DNA of 62,222 nt, counting the filler, from Fonticula-like sp. SCN 57-25 (taxonomy: Eukaryota): the NCBI GenBank assembly GCA_001724245.1. It is 10 parts of 10 records of this genome, joined end to end, with 100 filler letters (N's around TTAATTAATTAA, not from the genome) between each part and the next. Parts side by side here need not be neighbours in the genome. Positions count along the whole stretch, not along the records: positions 43,712 to 49,795 come from MEDX01000657.1; positions 49,896 to 56,545 come from MEDX01000658.1; 8 more parts are not named here. One strand, given 5' to 3'. The notes beneath the pieces are model-generated. The model had not been told where the DNA came from. It did no database searches and was given only the letters and a program-made list of their open reading frames with translations. Below are positions 44,533-56,450 of this stretch, one piece after another (positions within the stretch are counted from its first letter, which is position 1; each line of letters starts with the position of its first letter). Made by a program: the position numbers and the translations under genes.

Positions 44533-45719
44533 ATGTGTGCCGACTTTGAGCCAGGGCTGTTCCTTGGGACTTGCGGCTGGACTGATCACTCGGTCCGTTT
44601 GCCACTTTTGTCTTTTTGTGCCCTTTTTTTTCTTACCCTATCGAGTTAGATTGCGCGGTGTGGCCGGTTTTACCCCGGATCTGTCAAGACAAACGATGAG
44701 CGCCTTCGGCATTATGCTACGCAGTTCCCTTGCATTGAGGTCGACAGCTCCAACTATGCCATCCCGACGGTTGATACGGTGAGCAATTGGGCCAAGCTCA
44801 CGCCTCCCGGCTTCATCTTCCACGTCAAGGCGTATGGCCTGATCACCAACCGCAATGCCGTGTACGGCTCGATGCCCTTTGAGGCCAAGGCGCTGGTCTC
44901 TGCCCCGCCAGGCAACGAGCCCGTCACCTGGCAGGGGATCTCTTCCGCCGCGCGCGACGCCGTGTGGCAGCGCTTCAACTCTGCGCTGCAGCCGCTCCAC
45001 GTCGCCAAGAAGCTTGGCGCGATCGTTTTCCAGCTTCAGGTTGGGTTCCAGCCTTCTGCCGACACGATCGCGCATCTCCGCGACTGCCGCGCGCGGCTCG
45101 TCAAAGAGTACCGCATGGCGATTGAATTCCGTGACCGCTCGTGGGTGGCGCCAGAGCACCGCGCCAACACGATGGCGCTGCTTCGCGAGCTGGGCGCGCC
45201 GCTCATCCTCGTCGACGAGCTTCGCGCCGAGCTCTTCCGGCTAGACAGCGACTCGAGGGAGACGATGCCGTTGGAGCTGGACGTCGTGCNAACGCGTGGG
45301 CGCAGCGCCTCGCCATGCTCCGCCAGCAGGTCAAGGGCCCCATCTTTTTCATGATGGCGACCGACCACGAGGACCAGCCCATCAAAAACATGAACGCCAT
45401 CGCGGCCGCCGTCCCGCAAGACTTTGTCAGCGACTGGAGGAAAAGGATTTCAAAGCGGGGGCTCGGCGCCTTTTTTGGGCGACCGGCCGCGGACAAGGCG
45501 CCCGCAAAGGACGATGTCCCAGCGGCACCGAAAGAGGAGGCGGCCAAGGAGCAGACGGCCGACCAGGCAGAAGTTAGAGCAGAGCCTGGCAGGCAGGCAG
45601 AAGGCAAGCGCCCGTTAGAGGCGCCGGCAGCTCAAGCTGCGAGCCCAAAGAAGCAAAAACCAAGCCAGCCGACGCAGGGCGGCCCTTCTATCGCGTCGTT
45701 CTTTTCTCGCAAGCAGTAG
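44533..45719 (+). CDS. DUF72 (YecE/YunF-like) protein with charged C-terminal tail
   Basis: LGTCGWTD | intron | FYP...RLRHYA..F..IEVDSSNYAIP...W...TPPGFIFHVKA...KLGAIVFQ...AIEFRDRSW. Frame break at the single N (45290). Confidence 0.85.
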
Positions 45720-45883
45720 TGCCTATCCTTTTGGCATTTCTGTCAGTTTCCTGTTCTATGAGTTTCCTGTTTGAGTACCGTAAATGCATGTATCCCAAAG
45801 TATGACATAATACAGTTATTATTGATACACCAAAAGTGAGACCAATGGCTGGATACACATATGCAATATATAACAAAAACGCT

Positions 45884-48075
45884 TCACGGCTTTGACAGCG
45901 AAAAAGGCTCTGCCGTGTAAATGTACTTTTTTCCCGTGTTGTACACGACGCCGTCGTTCCTGACCATGATGATGGGCACCTCGACCGGCGTTGTGATAAC
46001 GTGGCTGATACCCATGTGCTCTGCCACCTGGCGGAACGGCGGCGGCTCGCACACGACGAGCTCCTCGCAGCGGTAGCGCGTGACCGCCGGTGTCTCGGCG
46101 AACCACACGGTGAGCGACGGCGAAAAGTTTTCCCCGTAAACTTCGATAAGTCGCTTGTTCTGGACCTTGATGTAGTTTACGATTGGCACGGGCGTGACGT
46201 GGCGCGCCGACGTCGACAGCCCCTCGAAAAAGCTGTACTGCACGCGCTCCGTCCCGACGATCGTCCACGCGGCGGCGTCGCTGATGGTCGCGCCGCCCGG
46301 CCCCGACGCTGCGGCCTTTTGCATGCTGATGCAGTCGTTCTGCAGCGCGAGGTACATGCCATCGGCGTCCTTGAACTGGAACGCAACCTTGTGCAGCTGG
46401 GAGACGGGCTCGTCCGACTGCAGCACAGCGAGCGCCTTTTCTACCTTGCGCACAATCAGCACGTCCGATGCCATGCCAGTGAGCGTGCTGCGAAGCACCA
46501 CTTCCATCCCGTAGTGGAGAAAAGTGTCCTCGCCGTGCGCCGCCGCCTCTGCAAAAGTAAATGTCAGCAAACCGACACAAAAGACGATCAAAGAAGGCGC
46601 ACTCTTGTTGTGCGCCGTGATCACAAATGCGTCCCAAAAGTTGGTCTTGGCGACGAAAGAGCCGTTGTCGACGCCGAGGTACTTTGTGCTGACCGTCTGC
46701 GAGCGAATGCGGTTGAACAAAGAAACAGTCGTCCCCGACGTCAGGCAGAGGTCAATGTTCTTTGCGCTCTGCTTCTTCTTTGACGGCTTGGAGATGACCT
46801 TGACGGGCCGCGAGCGGAACACGCCAAACTCGCGGCCCGACGGGCTTAGTGCCTTGAGGTACAGCGCAAAGTTCTTGCGCTTGTCCGAGTCCGAGATGAA
46901 GAGATTCTTAAACACCGCGCGGCCCGCATGGTCCACGCCCGCCTGCTGCGCGTCCTTGCCGTTCTCCTCGATGCCCAGATTCAGCGTCGGGTCGTGCGGC
47001 TCGTCAGAGTCGGACGCCTGACGCCAGCTGTCGCCGATCAGGATGACCGAGGGGGGAGGGCAGAAGAAGCGCTTCTCGCTGCCGTAGGACTTTTGCGCCA
47101 CCTTGGAGTTGAGGATAATGACGGTTTTTTCCTGCGACGGGTTTTGGAGGTACCGCCGCACGGCATCGCGGATCGCGGGCGAAACCGACACTTTGGGCGT
47201 TCTGCAACGGCAAAAGCAAAGAAAAAGCGGCGTAAATATATCGAAACAAGGCGCGCAAAGAATAGTAAAGACGCGTACGGGTCGCTGGAGGGGTACGTGG
47301 GCAGGCCGAGCAACGCCTCTGGGCTAAAGAGGCCCTCAAACATCTTGACGTTGTCGTTCTGCATGTGGCTCGCGGCAGTGGCGCCGGCGGCCGCCTCCGA
47401 CATTGCGACGCCGCCCTGCTGGTCAAACGACGGGACCGCGTACGACTGCAGGACGTGCGGCTTGGAGGAACCCGGGAGCGGCTGCGCAGGCGGCGCAGCA
47501 GCCGCGAGCGGTACATTGGACTGTGTCCCGAAAGAAGACAGAACAGGAGATTGCCGCGTTGTAGAGGATGAAAAATTGGATTGCTGTTGCTGATGCTGCT
47601 GCTGATGCTGAAAAATGCGTACTTGATCGTGCTGCTGCTGATATTGGCTTGTAAAGGATTGGTCGAGGCCCTGTTGCTGCTGGTGTGGCGGTTGGGAAAC
47701 CGACGCGCTGTGCTCAATCTTGCGCCGTTGATCAACATGGCCAGTGACTTGCCCAGAGACCGCCCGCATCTGCTGCTGCGGGTATGGGTGGAAAGTCTGC
47801 TGTTGCATCTGATGCAACTGCTGCTGCTCTTGCTGAAGCTGATAAAACTGCGCGGACGACGGGGTAAAGTGCGACGCTTGTGGCGCGCGCTGCTGCGCCT
47901 GAGTGGGTTGCGAGGGAAACGACTGCGATGTAGGCGACGAAAGTCCGCTCGCGGCGCCGGAAAGCGCCGAAAACTCAACCTCGCCGGAAAACATCTCGTC
48001 TCCCCCGCTCGCTGGAAACAATGAAGAACCGTTCGAGTACTGAAGCAGGCCGCCATCAAAAAGGCCCATGTTCAT
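45884..48075 (-). CDS. RBPJ: CSL (RBPJ/Su(H)/LAG-1) transcription factor with Q-rich N-terminus
   Basis: KVAQKSYGSEKRFFCPPP, LFISDSDKRKNF, KVISKPSKKKQ, FNRIRSQTVSTKYL, EPVSQLHKVAF, WTIVGT, GENFSP, VRNDGVVY. Confidence 0.95.
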
Positions 48076-48558
48076 CGACTGCGCTCTGTGAAAGGCATCC
48101 GCATTAGCACTCGGTAGATCCTCGACACGGGGCCGTACGGTGCGCTGGAGGCATCCTCGCCGGTCGCCATGAAATAGTCAACCTCATACGACGATGGCCA
48201 CGCGTTCTACAAATACCCAACCCCTTAGACCACACTAATTGACCGAGCCAACGTACGTTCACCCCGCTGCTGCCGTCCCCGTGATCCCCTTTGCGTTTCC
48301 TGCCATTTATTGACGGCTCCATGTCATACGACCGGCTCGCTTATTTGTCAATGGCACAGCAGGTTTGCAGGATTTGTCCGAGATCTGGATCGCGATCCAT
48401 ATCGATCCATATCCGACCAAATCTTGAGTACAAGGGGAATATATACAAAAAGCACTGCTATATTGAACTGGTACGACTAGACTGTAGTACAACTATGTCA
48501 CAATAATCTAAAGGGACAAAATTGCCAATAGAATACAAAAGTTTTATCCATTCCCGTG

Positions 48559-49795
48559 TCAGCTTTGCTCAGGCGCGGCGTTGGCTTTCGGGGCCGCTTC
48601 AAGCTGCTTTGTCCACAGCATAAAATACTCTCCCTGCTGCTCGAGCAGCTCCTCGTGCCTTCCGCGCTCTATGATTTGGCCCTATGATCGCGTGCTCGGT
48701 CAGTTACCGAGAAGAGCTTTGATTTGCGTACGTTTTTAAAGACGAGAATGACGTCAGCGTGAATGATGGTCGACAGGCGGTGCGCCACGACGAGCGACGT
48801 CCTATTGGCGCTCATGTCGTTGAGCGCCTGCTGGATGTTGCGCTCTGTCTCTGTATCGAGGGCCGACGTTGCCTCGTCGAGGATGACAATCTTGGGGTTC
48901 TTGAGCAGCGTCCTCGCGATGGCGATGCGCTGCTTTTCGCCGCCGCTGAGCCGCAGACCGCGCTCGCCGACCTTTGTATTGTAGCCGTCGGGAAAGTTCA
49001 GCACCTTTTCGTGGATCTGCGCAGCCTTTGCGGCGTCCTCGATCTCTGCCGGTGTCGCGCCTGCGCGCCCGTAGGCAATGTTGTAGCGGATGGTGTCGTT
49101 GAAGAGCACCGTGTCCTGCGGTACGACGCCGATGGCCCCGCGCAGCGACTCCTGGGTGACCTGGCGCAGGTCCTGCCCGTCGATGCGGATGGCGCCCGAC
49201 TGCACGTCGTAGAACCGGAACAGCAGGCGCATCACGGTCGTCTTGCCGCTCCCGCTCGTGCCGACCAGCGCCACTGTCTGGCCAGGGTCGACACGGAATG
49301 AAATGTCCTTGAGCGACGGCACGCGCGAATCGTACGAAAAGCTCACGTGGTCAAACTGGATCGCGCCGTCCGACACGACAAGCTGCGTCGCGTCGGGCGC
49401 GTCGCGGATCTCCACGTTCTCCGCCAGCAGGCCCAGCATCTTTTCCATGTCGATAAAGTTTTGCTGGATCGTCCGGTAGTACATGCCCAAAAAGTTGAGC
49501 GGGCCGTAAAGCTGGATCGTGTACGACATGAAAAGGGAAAAGTCGCCGACAGTCAGGTCGCCTTCAACGACACGGTAGGCGGCCAGCAGCATGCCGCCTA
49601 GGAGACCGGCCGTCACAATCACATTCTACGCCACGTACATCATTAGACCACAAGAGAAAGCAAATATCAAGCTGGTACCTGAGACGTGTTGAGAAGGACG
49701 AGCGACGCCTGCGACATCCACTCGGCGCTGTTCCACTGAATGATAGAGTTGGAATAGCGGTCCACCTCGTTCTTCTCGGCGCCATAGTACTTTAC
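48559..49795 (-). CDS. Half ABC transporter, ABCB6/HMT1/ATM1-like, 3' part
   Basis: [61 protein letters not shown]. Confidence 0.92.
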
Positions 49796-50341
49796 NNNNN
49801 NNNNNNNNNNNNNNNNNNNNNNNNNNNNNNNNNNNNNNNTTAATTAATTAANNNNNNNNNNNNNNNNNNNNNNNNNNNNNNNNNNNNNNNNNNNNCGGTC
49901 TTTACCACCTTCGGGGGTCATCGAATCCTCATCTTTTTCACCGTGCACGCGGCAGCTTCGGTCCCTTGCGCAAGCTCGGTTGATCATACGTGGAATTGTT
50001 TCACAACATCTTATGGGCTTCGGTTCAACTTCTCTCGGCTGCGCGATTCAGTTTCGCATATCTCTGGTGACTTTCGTCATTTCAGCATCTGCTCGGCAGA
50101 TCATCTTCCCACTTTCGGCGATATGTGCTCTTTTGTAGTCTTTCTCGATTGTGGTCTCTTTGTAGGTCATTGACCTTGGGATAATAAACAAACACAACCC
50201 TAAGCCTACCCTAAGTTGTCAACATGAGAACTTTACTACGTACAATACATCAGCCTAGCCTTACATTGCCCGCACAAAAGAAAGTCGCCAAAGAGCAGAG
50301 AAATCCCCACCACCACCATACACACACACAGACACACAACA

Positions 50342-51678
50342 TTATCCGAGGTCGCCACGAGTACTACCCGGCCGCACCGGTCGCATAATACCGTTGAGGG
50401 CGAGCTGCTGCGTAAAGAGGCGCCGCCGTTGGCTCACTTCGGCATCCCTGCGTCTGCGATGGAGCGCCATGTCGGTGTCGCAGTGGTCCTGAAGGTGCAC
50501 AGAGCCATCGCCATCGAGCAGATCTGCTCGCCGCATCGAGGGAACGGAAACGTTGCGCGAGACGCAAAGGTTGTGGAGCTTGAGGATGACCATGACGACG
50601 GAAGGAACTTTTGCAATATCAAGCTTGATGTCGCGCCACAGCAGACCCCACCGCGCAACAAGCTGTCCAAAAGCCTGTTCGATGTGGATCCGCGAAGATG
50701 ACAACCAGAAATTGAACGCGTCCTTGTCGGTCGGCAATTCTCGTCCCGACCAAGGTGTCAGTATGCTGTTCGAACAAGGATAGGCTTCGTCGGCAGCAAT
50801 CCAAAAGGGCTCGGGCAGACAACGCTGCTCGAGCGAATTCGCCAGGTCCGACATGGAGAAGGCAAGCGAGTCGTGGGTTGAGCCAGCGGCGCGGCATGAT
50901 GCGTAGGTAAAACGATAGTCGGCGTCGCACATCGCCTGTAGAACTATCGCAAAAAAGCCTTTACGGTTAAAGTACGCCTGCGAGTTTGGGACAGACGGGC
51001 GAACGATCCTGACCGCGAGACCATCAAGAGCCCCGACGCAGCCGTAGAGCGGGTTGTCGAACCGCGCCTGAAATCCACGAGCTTTGGTCGCCAACCATGA
51101 GAGGTCATTGATGGGAAAACGTAGATTAAGAGCGTCGATCCGGTCGAGCGCCGGGAGGACCCGCTCCACTACCGCGTATAGGGTGGCGCGCGCGATGCCG
51201 TGCGACCAGCAGATGTCAAGGTACGAGCCGCCGGCTAAAAACCGTAGGCAAGCACTAAGCTGAACGTTGACGGGAAGCGCATCGGGCCCGGCCGGAAGAA
51301 GTGGCCGCAGCCCATCCAGCAACCACGCAAAAGTAAGCTTGTCCAGCCGAAAGAGGCGCGCAAACTCAGCCTCGGTGAGGAAATCGGCGTGTGCGCTGAA
51401 GTCGAGCGGGGGGCGAGCCCGGTTCGCCAGGCGACCCTCTACTATTGTCTGTTGAAAACTGAGGAGGGCTGCCGCAGCGCGTTGCCGGCGTCGACGCGCG
51501 CGGCGGATCCTGACGAGCACATCTTGGTCCATCTGGGCGATTCGTTTCACATCCGGCGATTCGTTTCACCACCTGCGATTTGTGTGGGTTCGAGTGCTGA
51601 TACGTATCAGTCTGGCGGACCAATCAGGAACGAGTCAATCCATTCATTCGTTACAAATCTGGGCGCATAGCACGGCCC
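50342..51678 (-). mobile_element. PIF/Harbinger DDE transposase (ORF 50342-51550) with candidate terminus at 51678
   Basis: FARLFRL, LRFLAGGSY, GALDG, YFNRKG, AGSTHDS, AADEAY, FNFWLSSSRIHIEQAFG.L.ARW, LHNLC. Confidence 0.9.
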
Positions 51679-51679
51679 T

Positions 51680-52091
51680 GAACATTGTTGATATGTACAT
51701 TGCGGATCTACATGTGTTTCCCGGACTAGCAAAGCTGGCGTTCAAAGTTTATCTAAACACCCCCCTGTTTGCCGGATCCCTACTTATAGATGTCGCGTCT
51801 CTCATCCTTACCAAGTTGGATTCTCTTCTTCAAGCCCACCGCGCCCCTGACCACACCCGCCTTGCTCTGAATGTGACACAAGCTGTTATGTTGCAAGCCG
51901 TGTGGGAAGCGCGCAATGATTCGCGTGATAGGAACGCCCCGGCCGACCTCGATCGCGTTTCCCGCCATTTTGGTGTTTCTCTCAGATGTTGTTTGCGCTC
52001 GATCGGAAGATTGTTGCCTCATGTTATGGAGGCCTGGATACAGGCCCCGGCACTGTTTAGGCCGTGTCGTGGTGTACTGTATTTTGAGTGA
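51680..52091 (+). mobile_element. Possible degenerate non-LTR retrotransposon C-terminal fragment
   Basis: LQAVWEARND resembles the 'IW..RN' motif at the end of L1/Tx1-type ORF2; no RT domain is visible. Confidence 0.3.
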
Positions 52092-52227
52092 TCCTGTTAT
52101 TCCATTTTTCCATTTTTTCAAATTTGATCTGTAATTTCCATTTTTCCTTTTTCCCGCCAATTCCTTTGTAGGCCTCGGCCAATGAGATATGTGATTATTT
52201 CAAATAAAGTGCATTGAATTGAACCCT

Positions 52228-52383
52228 ATCCCCAAGAGCGTCAAGGCCGAGCGCCTCAGTGAGAACGCCGACTTGGACTTTGAGCTCTCGGCTGATCAGA
52301 TGGCGCGCTTGACTGTGCTGGGATTGTCGCCCCTCAAGCGCCGCTACGTGCCCGACTTTTGGAACAGCGGCGTGTTTGATTAA
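52228..52383 (+). pseudogene. Orphan aldo-keto reductase C-terminal fragment
   Basis: IPKSVKAERLSENADLDFELSADQMARL...*; no upstream AKR exons are recognisable. Confidence 0.65.
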
Positions 52384-52900
52384 ACGGCATTTTGACAAAC
52401 AACCTGCAACTGTTCTGCATGCGCAGAAAATACAGTTTTGTATTGAAAAACGCGATTTGTTCAACCTTCTAAAACTTTGGAGGAAATGGTCAAAAATCAC
52501 GGATATTACATTATGTACATAGGAACGATGGGAAAAGGGCAGCACAAACCGTTGCCATCCCCTTTTTGCGAGTGTTTCCTCCAAGAATTTGTAGGAGTGG
52601 ACCAATAGTACTTGTATTCGATTCGAACAAGGTATGTATATTAAAGAGAAACCGAAAGAGGAAGAGTTCTTCAGGAGAACGTGGTCCTGCTGCACCGTGC
52701 AAGAACACCAACGTTGGACGCAAACGGAGAAAGAAAATAACGCACTGGTATTTAAAATAAAAAATAAAAGACATCAACGAACAGAAAGGAGAAAAATACA
52801 ACTCAGTTCACACTGGTGGAGCACGAGTTCAAAATACTATTTAGTGGAGCACGCGTTCAAAATATTACTTGGTTTATACTGATGGAGCACGAGAAGCGGG

Positions 52901-54490
52901 TTAGCGTTTAAGCATTTGCTGAATGGGCCCTGGGAAGGCATCAAGCTTCAATCCTGTTACTGTACGCAGTAATTGCACAGCGCCCACTGCCAAACGGTGC
53001 CCACGTTCTCCGCACAGCAAACTACCCCCCTTCGGGGTGGACCACGGCGCACCCACAAGCCAATCAATAGCATGCTTGCGGTTAATGCGGGCAGTCTGCT
53101 CTGGCAAGTCACATACCGCTTCCACGCGCATGACCGCATGTGCAAATGCAAGGCGCGCATCCAGTTGCGTAGTCGGCAAAGTATCCGAGCTAGCTAGTTT
53201 GCGGTAAAGAGACATAGCCTGCTTAATATAGGTGTTCGGGGCTTCGGGAGGCTGATCAGTAACATCCTGCGAATCGTCGACGGGGTGCACTTGGCTGCTA
53301 GGTTGGTCCTCATCATCGTCGCTATCGCTGATTGATTCAATTTCGTGGCTAACCACGAGTTGCGCGACCATAGATGCCATAGAGGACATGCCCTTCCGCG
53401 ACCCGCGTGGCCGCGCTTGATGTACACGGAAACTCTTGTCCGTAAGGCCAACCTCCAGCAGTAAATCCGCATATGCAACAACGGGGATCTTACTATCAAG
53501 AAAAGAAAGGGCCTTGCTATAGCTCTCGCGTGAGGGAGCGCATCGAAGGCGTGCTGTGACAACGCTGAATGCGCCAATTTGCCTCAATACAGAGGGCAGA
53601 CGGGCGGCGCAGTCCATAGCAGCCGCGAAGAACTCAAACTGCTCTTCGCCGCGTGCCGAGATCACAGCGACATCGATGGTTGTGTCCAGCAAAATGCGCT
53701 CACATAATATGAACGATGCAAGGTCGTTGCAGCTGCGGTCAAGCATCAGGTAGCCTTTCAGCGCCAGATTATGAATGAAGCGCGTGTTGAACTCGTCCCG
53801 CAGCCTGCGCAGCTGCATTGCCAAGCGAGAAAGGGAGCACGCCAACCAGTTAACGTTAACAGCCTTGGTAGCTGCTGCAGAACAACGGGACGCAAGTGCG
53901 TTGAACTGCTCGCTTTCCAGCACATCAATAGCTGGAAAACTCTTCGTGCGATGAAGCACTGTTTGCAGAATGAGTTCTTGCAAGGGGAGAAACGCGGCCG
54001 CAAGCTCAACATTCGGAGCCAGTGGCGAGTGAGGAATGGACGTGTCTGCGGAGTCCGCACTAACAGATGGAGGCGGAGATGGGAGTAGAGATTTGAGGAC
54101 GTCCTTCGGGGATTCATGACCGCGGTATTCGGTAATAATGGGCAGCTGAAGCAAGACAGACCTGACAAGGGCTTGGACTGGATCTTTCGCGTCCAAAGAA
54201 GATGCGGCCAAACGGGCAATCTCGAGTGACAGAGTGAGGCTGGTGCGTGCATATTCGTGCCCAAGCGCCGAAAGAATTGCCCTAACCTTCTTGACTGAAG
54301 GGTCCACCTCATACGCCAACGGTTGGTCATCGCTGCTGGAAAACACCACAAACGTGACACCAATCGGTTCCGGGGCTGAGTCGCCAGAAGGCGAGTCGCC
54401 AGACGGAGGCGGCGAAAGCGGCGGCGTTAAGGGGCNGCTTGAGCGAGTTCCCATTCCACGCTTCACCTGTAGCGTGGACGACCGAACCAT
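52901..54490 (-). CDS. Hypothetical 529-aa protein, probably helical
   Basis: Long open frame with protein-like composition and an acidic linker; family not recognised. Confidence 0.55.
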   Translation of the reverse strand: MVRSSTLQVKRGMGTRSSXPLTPPLSPPPSGDSPSGDSAPEPIGVTFVVFSSSDDQPLAYEVDPSVKKVRAILSALGHEYARTSLTLSLEIARLAASSLDAKDPVQALVRSVLLQLPIITEYRGHESPKDVLKSLLPSPPPSVSADSADTSIPHSPLAPNVELAAAFLPLQELILQTVLHRTKSFPAIDVLESEQFNALASRCSAAATKAVNVNWLACSLSRLAMQLRRLRDEFNTRFIHNLALKGYLMLDRSCNDLASFILCERILLDTTIDVAVISARGEEQFEFFAAAMDCAARLPSVLRQIGAFSVVTARLRCAPSRESYSKALSFLDSKIPVVAYADLLLEVGLTDKSFRVHQARPRGSRKGMSSMASMVAQLVVSHEIESISDSDDDEDQPSSQVHPVDDSQDVTDQPPEAPNTYIKQAMSLYRKLASSDTLPTTQLDARLAFAHAVMRVEAVCDLPEQTARINRKHAIDWLVGAPWSTPKGGSLLCGERGHRLAVGAVQLLRTVTGLKLDAFPGPIQQMLKR

Positions 54491-54604
54491 TCATGCTAAC
54501 CAAGGCGATTGCGTAACCTGCCTGCGGTGGCTGGCTACCTTGCCTGAGAAAGGAAAACGTGATTTGGATGGGGCAGACCAGAAAGGAAATCAGTTGGCCA
54601 GATT

Positions 54605-55668
54605 GTGCCGCTCTCATTGGCCAGGCTGCAACAAGCCAGCAAGTTGGGAAGACGGCAACGCCACCCTGGATCTGTGACAGGTAGGTCTTCTGGGGACACC
54701 CCGGCCCTTTTTTGCCGACACCACTTGCCGCAGACTGGCCGCCACTACGCCGCGAGCATGGTGGCCGCGGTGCTGGTAGGCGAGTATGATCTCAAGCCCA
54801 CGAGCAAGAATGTACTTTCGGGCCGTCATCCCGTTATTCTTGGCGCTGAGGCGGATCTTCCACAGGGCGCTGTACACATCGTCTGCCCTGCAACGCACGG
54901 AGATTATTGCAGAATGCAAGGGTTTCCCGACGTTCAGGCGGAAGCCAAGGCGACCGCTGGGGTTATTAAAGCTTCCCCGCCCACCTACCTTTCCCCCTGC
55001 GACGTGCGTGACGCGGCTTTGGATTGACTGCACACCGTACGCTAACGCCCTGCCATAGATTCAGTCGATCAACCAGTCCGGTCCGTGGACGATTGCCCCA
55101 GCCCCACAGAGTTTGGTGTCAAGCGGTTTTCCCGTCACGTCGCTTAAAGAGATGTGGACGAAGCTCGGTGACATTTATTTGCTTAACGACCCTACGCATT
55201 TCGTGCAAGTCACGTACGTTTTCATTCAATCGTGGCCGGTTCCTCGTGTTTGGCCTTGTTGAAAAGTTCACATCTCATTCCTTCTTCTGTTTGACTTACG
55301 ACCTGTTCATTTGTTCTTTCCTTCTACATATTTCTCTCCCCGCGTGGCACTTTTTTATGTCCATGTGCACGATTTCGCATGTTGGCATTAATGTGATGCA
55401 GCTACGGAGGTCGTGCGGCCATTATTGTGAGCAACATTTCGCCCCACAAGATCATCGTTTCTTACCTCGATGTATTCTGTACGTGTTTGAGCTGTACGTC
55501 ACCGTTATTTACGTGTTCTCCGCAGCGTTGCCGACGTACGAGCTCATGCCCATTTCTCCTGGGCGTTTCTATATGGGCCGGGGCTCGACCAAAGTCACGC
55601 CGAACGATTCGCCCGGAATGTTTGAGGAGTGGAAGCGCATTTTGACTGCGATCAAAGCCGTTGCGTAA
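54605..55668 (+). CDS. Possible multi-exon hypothetical gene
   Basis: Short open blocks with GTGCGT/GTACGT donors; gene model not resolved. Confidence 0.25.
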
Positions 55669-56360
55669 GCCACACCTACAGCGGAGTTCTCTAATTGTAA
55701 TTTTTATCTTGCGAGAATAATGCATGTCCCGCCAATGTGGGCCTTCTGCCAATGGTGGGTTGTCGGGGAGGTTTCCTACTCTTTCGGTGCTCGGGTAGTC
55801 AGTGGTTCCGAATATTGACGGATTGCATGCAAACCCCGCAGCCATACGTACAAACTATCAGCCAAGGGTTCTCTCAAAGTCTCAAAAAAATGCCTTCGCC
55901 TAACCGCGTCTCACGTGGTTCATACCAACTTTATTAAATGGCTGTTATACTTGTACTTGCGAAAGTGAGGTCAAGGACTCGTGACAAACGCACTTCACCA
56001 TACACCCCTGCATGCCACAGTTGCCTGTCACTTCAGTTGCTAAGCGCATCGGCATGTATGCACAATGCCGCGATGCGCAGCACCACACCGAGCGCATGGG
56101 GCTCCCGAGTCGGCGCGCAAACGATGTCTTGCAGTCGAACCGCCACGAACGTCTTTAGTGCTGACAATAAAGGTGCGTAAAAACTTAGCGGCCGCTTATC
56201 GCGTGTTAAATCTGAAAAGCCTCAAAGTCTGGTGACACCCAGGACAAACAGCCTCTCTCTGGGTTGGATTGGTGATATCTTTTTGGGAAATGATATTCGT
56301 ACAAATAGAGAAGGCTATCCGTACAACTACGATTGACTATTCGTATAACGATTGGGTAGG

Positions 56361-56450
56361 TCTAAGTGTCATCGATGACACTTAGGTTATGTGTCATCGA
56401 TGACACTTAGACTGTGTCATCGAAATTTGTCACAAAACGTCGATGACAAC
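56361..56450. repeat. Nested palindromes of TGTCATCGATGACA
   Basis: Perfect 24-nt palindrome 56362-56385, a second core at 56391-56406, and further half-sites. Confidence 0.9.

Noticed and set aside
50196-50215. Telomere-like CCCTAA
   Set aside because: Only two interrupted copies, internal to the contig.
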